A DNA stretch of 64,000 bases from an uncultured Gammaproteobacteria bacterium (lineage in GTDB: Bacteria; Patescibacteriota; Patescibacteriia; 2-01-FULL-39-33). Positions 56,917-64,000 of the stretch are shown piece after piece (positions within the stretch are counted from its first letter, which is position 1; every line of letters begins with the position of its first letter). The notes beneath the pieces are model-generated. The model worked only from the letters and a program-made list of their open reading frames with translations, was not told where the DNA came from and did not search any database. The position numbers were made by a program, and so were the translations under genes. The stretch covers positions 83,260-147,259 of the forward strand of contig CAZLFP010000001.1 in NCBI GenBank assembly GCA_964558935.1. Direction: 5' to 3'.

Positions 56917-58509
56917 CTATTCGGCCCACAACAGACCGATGTCGTGGCCTTGAAGACCAGCTCCGATACACGGCGAAGCCGGATCCAGAATACCGGGCCA
57001 ATACAGTAACGGATCCTGGCCGATTAGCCAATTCGGGACTTCGAATTCAGGATGAACCGGACTGCCCGTCATAAGGCAGTTGTTAAACGTCCCAATTTGC
57101 CCGTCCTGTTCGAAGGTCGGCAACATGATGGCGATGTAGTCATTCGCCCAGGACTGGAAGATGGAATCATAAACCATCGATGACTGACCATCATAGCCGT
57201 TAAGCTCCAGGCTCGGCATACTGTTCGCCCAGAACACGCAACGATTAACGTTAACTTGCTGCGGATAGTAAACGCTGACCGAGAACCCGTCATAGTTCTC
57301 AAAGACGCAGTTGTAAGCCAACAAGCTCATACCGGATAGCTGGATCAGATTACCCGGTACCGGCATGGACATCATACTTTGGTAGCTGGATACAACCGCC
57401 AGATCGTTCAGAGACAGCGTCGGAGCGCCTCCGCCTTTGCCAACCGCCAGCTCAGCGTAGATAACGTTCGGGCTGCCCTTGGGCTTAATCAGCGAAGTTT
57501 TGGCTGCACCTTGACCGGTAATCGAGATGATCTTGCCGTCATCCGGTCCAAGTGTAAAGCCGGGATACTCGCCCTGGCCCAGCTGAATTTCAACTGGTGT
57601 GTCATTCGAGTCAATCGCTTCCTGGATCGAGTTATAATCCAGGCCATTGACTCGGACATACCGATTCTGGTAAGCGAAACTGACCTCGATCTCTACCTGC
57701 CCGGCTGTCGTTGGCGGCTGGTAGCCGACCCAATACGAACTGGACAGATCATAGGTATTGAAGTCCAACGCGTACAGAATTAGCGGCAGATCCGCCAAGA
57801 CCTCGATACCCGTATCCAAATCGGATATGACCATACTGCCGCCCTTAAAAGACAGGGGCAGAGGAACCAAAGCCTGAAGACAATCGTCTTCCGGATAGGC
57901 GTACTGGCTGTACCAGGAATTACCGTCCAAATCTATGACGCGGATCTGACTGTTGTAACCGAACTCAGCCGGTAAATCACAGATCTGGAGGCGAAAGTCA
58001 TATTGGTACATAAAGTCGACTTCTATCTCAGCTTCAGTGACTTGTCCGGCTTCAACGGTTAATGTCTCATTGGCGTCAAATAGGTTATTATACCTGTCAT
58101 CGACCACTGTGGACGTCAACCAATAATCACCCACATTCAAAGCCACCTTTTTTTCGGCTACGCCATCTACGATCGGAATCGATTCATAACGATAGCCCGG
58201 AGGCGGAACATCTCCTCCCATCTTGCCGTAAATTGGTGACTGAGGATAGAATTCCAGTTCCAGATAGGCAGCCTTGCTCTTGAAAGCATCACCGACCTGG
58301 CGCAAATGATTGAGAGGGATTTCCGGATAACCGTAACCCTTCTCAGTATCTGCATCAGTGTTCAAATCCAGACGGATATGAACACCCTGTTTGACCGGTT
58401 GGCTAATTAGCCACGGACAACCGGTCAGGACAGCGGCCAATACAAACAGAATCGCCAACACACCACACTTCTTCATTCCAACATCCTCCATGTTTTGACT
58501 ACCATCCAC
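56917..58509 (-). CDS. GC-rich lipoprotein, possible beta-helix fold; likely true start at MKKCGVLAIL (lipobox LTGC)
   Basis: About 52% GC. Carries a lipoprotein signal, and the C-terminal region shows a repetitive pattern of small residues and Asn. Confidence 0.5.
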   Translation of the reverse strand: MDGSQNMEDVGMKKCGVLAILFVLAAVLTGCPWLISQPVKQGVHIRLDLNTDADTEKGYGYPEIPLNHLRQVGDAFKSKAAYLELEFYPQSPIYGKMGGDVPPPGYRYESIPIVDGVAEKKVALNVGDYWLTSTVVDDRYNNLFDANETLTVEAGQVTEAEIEVDFMYQYDFRLQICDLPAEFGYNSQIRVIDLDGNSWYSQYAYPEDDCLQALVPLPLSFKGGSMVISDLDTGIEVLADLPLILYALDFNTYDLSSSYWVGYQPPTTAGQVEIEVSFAYQNRYVRVNGLDYNSIQEAIDSNDTPVEIQLGQGEYPGFTLGPDDGKIISITGQGAAKTSLIKPKGSPNVIYAELAVGKGGGAPTLSLNDLAVVSSYQSMMSMPVPGNLIQLSGMSLLAYNCVFENYDGFSVSVYYPQQVNVNRCVFWANSMPSLELNGYDGQSSMVYDSIFQSWANDYIAIMLPTFEQDGQIGTFNNCLMTGSPVHPEFEVPNWLIGQDPLLYWPGILDPASPCIGAGLQGHDIGLLWAE

Positions 58510-58688
58510 TATGGATAATAGTCTCAGCTATTCCAAACGGTGACAACAACGCCACCTACAGTTTGGATATAATATAACTGCCCTAGACCAACTAAAGCAG
58601 ATCTTAGATATTAACACATCCGTTAAAATCTGTCAATCAAAAAATACCCCCGTTTTAAGGGAGTATTTTTATCTAAAATCAGAAATAT

Positions 58689-61337
58689 CTATCTATTCTT
58701 AATCACGGCCTGAGCAGCTGCCAATCTGGCAATTGGGACTCTAAACGGTGAACAAGACACGTAATTAAAGCCTTCCCGATGACAGAATTCTACAGATTCC
58801 GGATCTCCGCCATGTTCTCCGCAAATACCAATCTTAAGTGAAGAATTAATACTCCTGCCTTTTTGAATGGCAATTCTAATCAATTCACCTACACCGGATT
58901 GATCCAATGATTGAAAAGGATCTCTTTCGTAAATACCTTTAGATACGTATTCCTTTAAAAATCGACCGGCATCATCTCTGGAAAATCCACAACCCATTTG
59001 AGTTAAATCGTTAGTACCAAATGAGAAAAATTCTGCTTCCTTGGCAATCTCATCTGCTGTCACAGCTGCTCGAGGAACTTCAATCATGGTACCGATCTTG
59101 TATTTCATTTCAACACCCGCATCTTTCAGCTTCTTGTCAATTATTTTAATGCTTCTTTCCTTTATGAGAGCTAACTCTTTAACATTACCAACTAAAGGAA
59201 TCATGATTTCCGGTTCGACTTTGTTCTGGTGACCGCAAGTCGGACATTTCTTGGAAACTTCAATGGCAGCTTCAATAATGGCTGTGACTTGCATATCATA
59301 AATTTCCGGATAAGTCACGGCTAAACGACAACCTCTGTGGCCAAGCATGGGATTGAACTCATGCAAATCAGCAATCTTGGCTTTTAGGACACCAACTTCC
59401 ACTTCCATCTCTCTGGCTAAATCAAAAATATCCTTTTCTTCGGTGGGTAAAAATTCATGTAGCGGTGGATCCAATAATCTAATCGTGGCCGGATAACCGT
59501 TTAAAGCTTGGAAAATGCCAATGAAATCCTCTTTCTGATAAGGTAATAACTTATCTAAAGCTTTTTTTCTACCCTTTTCATCGGCTGATAAAATCATTTC
59601 CCGAACCGCTTTAATTCGGTCGCCTTCAAAGAACATATGTTCAGTTCGACATAATCCAATACCTTCAGCGCCAAATTTAACAGCCACAGTCGTATCATGA
59701 GGAGTGTCAGCATTGGTTCTAACTTTAAGACTTCTAATCTCATCCGCCCAGGTCATAATGGTGGCAAAATCACCACTTAAATCCGGATCTTTGGTGTTTA
59801 CCTTTCCCTGATACACCTTACCATCGCCACCGTCTAAGGTGATATAATCACCTTCTTTAATTACAACACCGGATTCTTTTATCTTAAACTGCTTGGCTTT
59901 TTCATCAATTACAATGTCTCCGCAACCAGCCACGCAACAGGTGCCCATACCGCGAGCGACTACCGCAGCGTGTGAAGTCATACCACCCCGAGCAGTTAAA
60001 ATACCTTTAGCGCTATGCATGCCATCAATATCCTCAGGAGAAGTTTCCACTCTGACTAGAATCACATCTAAGCCTTGTTGAGTCTTGTCAGCTGCTTCCT
60101 GAGCCGTAAAGACCACTTGACCCACAGCTGCACCGGGAGAAGCCGGTAAACCTTGAGCAATGACCTCAGCTTGCTCCTTAGCGACTGGATCCAGTTGTTT
60201 ATGCAGCAACTGGTCCAATTGAGCCGGTTCTACTTTCATAAGTGCCTGCTCTTTGGTTAACAAACCTTCAGCCACCAGGTCAGAGGCAATCTTGACTGCA
60301 GCAGCAGCTGTTCTTTTTCCATTTCTGGCTTGTAATATAAATAATCTACCTTCCTGAATTGTAAACTCCATATCCTGCATATCTTTGTAATGCTTTTCGA
60401 CTCGGTCGCAAACTGCCACTAATTCTTGGTAAATCTCAGGCATCTGTTGACCTAAAGTTTCAACATCTTTGGGTGTTCGTATACCAGCCACCACATCTTC
60501 ACCTTGAGCATTCATTAAATATTCACCATAGAATTTGTTTTCACCGGTACTGGGATTTCTGGTAAAACACACCCCGGTGCCGGAATTTTCACTTAAATTT
60601 CCAAAGACCATGGCTTGAACATTAACGGCAGTACCGATTAAACCAAAAATATTATTTAAAGCTCGGTATTTATTGGCTCGAGGATTATTCCAAGAGTTAA
60701 AAACAGCGTCAATCGCCAATTGTAATTGTTCTTGCGGATCCTGAGGAAATTCTTTTTTGGTCACTTCCAGAATCTTTTCTTTGTATCTTTTAACAATCTC
60801 CTGCAAATCTTCAGCTGTCAGATCCGTATCATATTCCACACCTTTGGTGTCCTTGACATTCTCCAAAATTTCTTCAAATTCACTACCATTCATGCCTAAG
60901 ACGACATTGCCTAACATTTGAATTAATCTACGGTATGAATCCCAGGCAAATCTAGGATTATTGGTTTTTTTGGCTAAACCAACCACTGACTCATCATTCA
61001 AACCTAAGTTTAAAATGGTGTCCATCATACCGGGCATGGAGACAGCTGCTCCAGATCTCACAGAAACCAGTAAAGGATCTGTGGCATCGCCCAATTTCTT
61101 GCCGATAGACTCTTCCAATTCTACCAGCTTATCCGCAATTTGTTTTTTAACTTCAGCTGGATATTTACGATTGTTTTGGTGGTACACCTCACACACTTCG
61201 GTTGAAATGGTAAATCCTGGTGGCACATTAATGCCCAGACTGCTCATTTCAGCCAAGTTAGCACCTTTACCACCCAGAATCATTTTAAGATCTTTGTTTC
61301 CCTCCTGAAAAGAATACACGTACTTTTTGTCTGACAT
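58689..61337 (-). CDS. ppdK: Pyruvate, phosphate dikinase
   Basis: 882 aa with a PEP-utilising His domain (GGMTSHAAVVARG), an ATP-grasp N-terminus and a TIM-barrel C-terminus. Confidence 0.9.
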   Translation of the reverse strand: MSDKKYVYSFQEGNKDLKMILGGKGANLAEMSSLGINVPPGFTISTEVCEVYHQNNRKYPAEVKKQIADKLVELEESIGKKLGDATDPLLVSVRSGAAVSMPGMMDTILNLGLNDESVVGLAKKTNNPRFAWDSYRRLIQMLGNVVLGMNGSEFEEILENVKDTKGVEYDTDLTAEDLQEIVKRYKEKILEVTKKEFPQDPQEQLQLAIDAVFNSWNNPRANKYRALNNIFGLIGTAVNVQAMVFGNLSENSGTGVCFTRNPSTGENKFYGEYLMNAQGEDVVAGIRTPKDVETLGQQMPEIYQELVAVCDRVEKHYKDMQDMEFTIQEGRLFILQARNGKRTAAAAVKIASDLVAEGLLTKEQALMKVEPAQLDQLLHKQLDPVAKEQAEVIAQGLPASPGAAVGQVVFTAQEAADKTQQGLDVILVRVETSPEDIDGMHSAKGILTARGGMTSHAAVVARGMGTCCVAGCGDIVIDEKAKQFKIKESGVVIKEGDYITLDGGDGKVYQGKVNTKDPDLSGDFATIMTWADEIRSLKVRTNADTPHDTTVAVKFGAEGIGLCRTEHMFFEGDRIKAVREMILSADEKGRKKALDKLLPYQKEDFIGIFQALNGYPATIRLLDPPLHEFLPTEEKDIFDLAREMEVEVGVLKAKIADLHEFNPMLGHRGCRLAVTYPEIYDMQVTAIIEAAIEVSKKCPTCGHQNKVEPEIMIPLVGNVKELALIKERSIKIIDKKLKDAGVEMKYKIGTMIEVPRAAVTADEIAKEAEFFSFGTNDLTQMGCGFSRDDAGRFLKEYVSKGIYERDPFQSLDQSGVGELIRIAIQKGRSINSSLKIGICGEHGGDPESVEFCHREGFNYVSCSPFRVPIARLAAAQAVIKNR

Positions 61338-61435
61338 GGTTTTGTAAGCTAATTATGGATTAGATATTCAGTGACTTGTCAAAAAGAAAATAGGTCCAAG
61401 TGAGACCTATCACCTTCATTTAGCTTTGCTGTCAA

Positions 61436-62389
61436 TTATCTCAATTGGTACTTGGCTAGAATACCGTTTTGAGCTCCAATCTGACTAATGACTGAAGCAG
61501 AATTTAACATGCCCCAGCGCAAAGCTTCCTTAATTGTTTTAGCATAAATTAATCCAGCTGTAAAGGCAGAAGCAAAAGCATCACCCGCTCCAACTGTATC
61601 TACGACTTTTGTGGCTTTAGACTTCATAAAATAATACTTATGGCCGTCATAAACGTAAGCACCGGCCTTACCATCGGTGACCACTACCAACTTAGGACCA
61701 AGGCCATGAATATACTTGATTAAACCCTTGATATCCTTTAATTTCCTAAATTCACTGGCTTCATCCCGATTCAAAATCAAAACTTCCAATTTGGGCAGAA
61801 AGGTCTTCAAACGCTTTAAATCAGCCAGTTGACGACTACCCGGATTGAATGCCATCGGCTTTTGTAATCGACCTGCTTTGCGAATAATCCGATCCCAATT
61901 ATTCTCAGGCAAAGAAGAAACATACAGCCAGTCAGTATTAAGCCTGGTAATTGGTACGTCATCTGAGCTTAAAAAATCATTAGCACCCCGATGAGCAAAG
62001 ATAATATGTTCTTTTTCCTGGTTACTAACCGTTAAAATCATGGAAAAACCAGTAGCGTGTTGGGTATTTTTTTTAACAAACTCTGTTGCGATCTTTTTAG
62101 TCTTCATATTTTTAATCACCTGACAGCCGTTTTCATCCTGTCCCAAACGACAAATAGCGGCTGTTTTCAAACCTAGCTTAGCAAAAGTACTGGCTGTATT
62201 GACAGCTCCGCCTCCAAAGCTATAGTATATTTTATCGGCCACAATTTTAGCTCCATATTCAAAACCGAGCAATTTATGCTTAGTTAAATTGCCGGTTTTA
62301 ATCAGTTCTCCTTCCGAAGAATAGAACATGATATCTCGGGTGGCCCCGCCAATGGTAACTACTTGGTATTTGTTAACTCGACTCGCCAT
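61436..62389 (-). CDS. PfkB-family carbohydrate/nucleoside kinase
   Basis: GG motif (FGGGAVN) and C-terminal DTVGAGDAF. Confidence 0.7.
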   Translation of the reverse strand: MASRVNKYQVVTIGGATRDIMFYSSEGELIKTGNLTKHKLLGFEYGAKIVADKIYYSFGGGAVNTASTFAKLGLKTAAICRLGQDENGCQVIKNMKTKKIATEFVKKNTQHATGFSMILTVSNQEKEHIIFAHRGANDFLSSDDVPITRLNTDWLYVSSLPENNWDRIIRKAGRLQKPMAFNPGSRQLADLKRLKTFLPKLEVLILNRDEASEFRKLKDIKGLIKYIHGLGPKLVVVTDGKAGAYVYDGHKYYFMKSKATKVVDTVGAGDAFASAFTAGLIYAKTIKEALRWGMLNSASVISQIGAQNGILAKYQLR

Positions 62390-62617
62390 ATACTGGTATT
62401 ATACCAGAGATTATTAAAAAAGAAAAAACCTGTTTACAGGTTTGACATATTAGATAACTTGTATTATACTGCCATCTAAACCAACAGGAGGATACTATGA
62501 TCTGGTTTACTCTCTTCCTCATTGCCATGTTACTGGTTTGTCTGTATCTGGATTGGAATGATCCGGCTACAGATGACGAAGACTAACCACCACCCTATCC
62601 CTGTCATGAACAGGGAT

Positions 62618-63679
62618 TTATTTTTGCACAATCACAGTTTGGGTTGGATAAGCAAACTCTATTTTAGCTTTCTTAAAAGCAGTATAAATGGCTAAATTAA
62701 TCTCTTGGTTGACATCCATGTATTGATTATAATCCGGACTATCCACATGGTAGACCAACTCATAAATCAAACTGAAATCTCCATAAGTCTTAAAATGACA
62801 ACGATCAAATTCAGCTGCTGACTGCTTTCTAACTATTTGTTCGGTTATCTGAGGTATTAATTTCAATTTTTGTTCAGCAGTGCCATAGATCACTCCCAAG
62901 TCAACAGCCACTCGTCTTTTCTTCATTCTCTTGAAATTCTGGATTCTGGCTCCAGACAGTTCTTGGTTGGAAACTATCAATTCCTCACCTTGTAAAGTTC
63001 TAATTCTAGTGGTTTTTAAACCGATCTTCTCTACCGTACCGGAATCAGTACCTATGATTATGAAATCTCCAATCTTAAAAGGTTGGTCAATATAGATCAT
63101 GAAGCTGGAAAAGACATCACCCAAAATATTTTGAACAGCTAAAGCGATGGCAATACCACCAATACCCAAACCGGCTAACAATGAAGTTACATCAATGCCC
63201 AAGTTAGATAAAACCAAGATGATGCCAAATAACCACAGAATAATCTTGATGACTACGCCCGCTGCTTTAACCATGGACTTACTGCCTCGACTCCGACCAT
63301 TATCCATTCTTGCAGCATATTTTGTTAGGATATAATCTATGAGCTTTTGCAAGGCTTGGATAACTTCATAAACAACTAATATCAAAATGATGGTCAGAAC
63401 AACCTTGTCAACCAAAGCTGGAAATTTTAATACAGAGTAGCCTAAATAGACAGCGATGATTAAATAAAAAGCAGGCTTGATATCTGAAAAAACTTCAATT
63501 AAGGCATCGTCTAAATCATTGGCAGTTTTTTTGGCTAAAGATCTTAATCTAGCTAAAATCACAGCTTGGAAAATCTTCAGTCCAACTAAAGTTAAAACAA
63601 ATAAAACTACTGCCAAGGCATAATCATACAAAGTATTGCCCCAGTAGCTGATATCTTGCAAAGAGTAAATATATTCCAT
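62618..63679 (-). CDS. mscS: Small-conductance mechanosensitive channel (MscS family)
   Basis: Three TM segments followed by an MscS beta-domain. Confidence 0.7.
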   Translation of the reverse strand: MEYIYSLQDISYWGNTLYDYALAVVLFVLTLVGLKIFQAVILARLRSLAKKTANDLDDALIEVFSDIKPAFYLIIAVYLGYSVLKFPALVDKVVLTIILILVVYEVIQALQKLIDYILTKYAARMDNGRSRGSKSMVKAAGVVIKIILWLFGIILVLSNLGIDVTSLLAGLGIGGIAIALAVQNILGDVFSSFMIYIDQPFKIGDFIIIGTDSGTVEKIGLKTTRIRTLQGEELIVSNQELSGARIQNFKRMKKRRVAVDLGVIYGTAEQKLKLIPQITEQIVRKQSAAEFDRCHFKTYGDFSLIYELVYHVDSPDYNQYMDVNQEINLAIYTAFKKAKIEFAYPTQTVIVQK

Positions 63680-63784
63680 ATGGTTATTATATCACAGATC
63701 ATGCTGATCTTTAAATTTGACAACTTTCATGCATCAATGATATGAAATAAGTAGAGTTCCGACTGTCTCAAAGGAGGTGATAAC

Positions 63785-63961
63785 ATGAGACATTGTCGAC
63801 CTGTTTCTTTGCCCAACTCCGCTTACTCAGCCGAGGAGTTGCAGCAATTCGGCTACTTCCTCAATGGTCTGGCTCAAATCATGAATTCCATTTTTGGATT
63901 TGTGACCACGTTGACCGACCAGATGACAAGTAAGGTCATCGCCAACAAGTACGCTTACTAA
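63785..63961 (+). CDS. 58-aa GC-rich small protein with a strong SD (AGGAGGTG) and its own terminator
   Basis: Not in the track (below 60 aa). Sequence: MRHCRPVSLPNSAYSAEELQQFGYFLNGLAQIMNSIFGFVTTLTDQMTSKVIANKYAY. Confidence 0.4.
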   Translation: MRHCRPVSLPNSAYSAEELQQFGYFLNGLAQIMNSIFGFVTTLTDQMTSKVIANKYAY

Positions 63962-63967
63962 TCCGAA

Positions 63968-64000
63968 CCAGCCGCTTGTCTACTGATAAGACAGGCGGCT
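63968..64000 (+). terminator. Hairpin terminator (agccgcttgtct-actgata-agacaggcggct)
   Basis: 12-bp stem with one G-U pair, at the window edge. Confidence 0.45.

Noticed and set aside
1-64000. CRISPR arrays, rRNA genes, IS elements with terminal inverted repeats
   Set aside because: No regularly spaced direct repeats, rRNA conserved blocks or transposase-like ORFs were seen.

Overview
This window is an AT-rich (about 35% GC) bacterial chromosome segment. Its gene content resembles streamlined fermentative lineages such as the CPR/Patescibacteria: PPDK, AckA+PduL, many giant surface proteins, and a type-A RNase P RNA. It splits into two parts.

**Accessory part (1-19.5 kb).** This is a defence/mobile island ending at a tRNA-Gln gene. 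It contains:
- A LexA-headed CBASS-like operon, in the order lexA, then a Cap5-like HNH-SAVED effector split by a frameshift in an A7 tract, then a CD-NTase/SMODS nucleotidyltransferase, then a TM0106/Cas4-like RecB-family nuclease. An extra PD-(D/E)XK-like gene and palindromic operator-like sites sit in the lexA promoter.
- A GC-rich structured intergenic element carrying a motif repeated three times.
- A 5-kb phage-derived cassette bracketed by a 12-bp direct repeat, with a hypothetical gene, a frameshifted ParB-methyltransferase, a second orphan methyltransferase, TerS and TerL. It abuts a large serine recombinase.
- A two-gene candidate ATP-dependent restriction-like system: a 1019-aa gamma-class N6-adenine methyltransferase of type IIG/PglX-like architecture, plus a 1163-aa PLD (HKD) nuclease fused to an SNF2 helicase.

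**Core part (19.5-64 kb).** Genes and RNAs present:
- Cell division and envelope: ftsEX, an RlpA-like protein, a parvulin PPIase, ftsB.
- A Ca2+ P-type ATPase and a CaCA exchanger.
- tRNA-Thr and tRNA-Lys.
- dnaB, ybaB, recR and rplU.
- A glycosyltransferase/polyprenyl-phosphate sugar transferase cluster.
- A GC-rich structured RNA (possible SRP RNA) and rnpB.
- rnhA, recJ, lepA, murJ, ackA, pduL, ppdK, a PfkB kinase and mscS.

Several GC-rich islets stand out against the AT-rich background. The most notable lies between ybaB and recR. It encodes two paralogous Gly/Ala-rich glycine-zipper membrane peptides, driven by three near-identical promoter/RBS modules, one of which fronts a 12-aa mini-ORF.

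Coordinates of small features (promoters, hairpins, tRNA ends) were counted by hand and may be off by a few bases.
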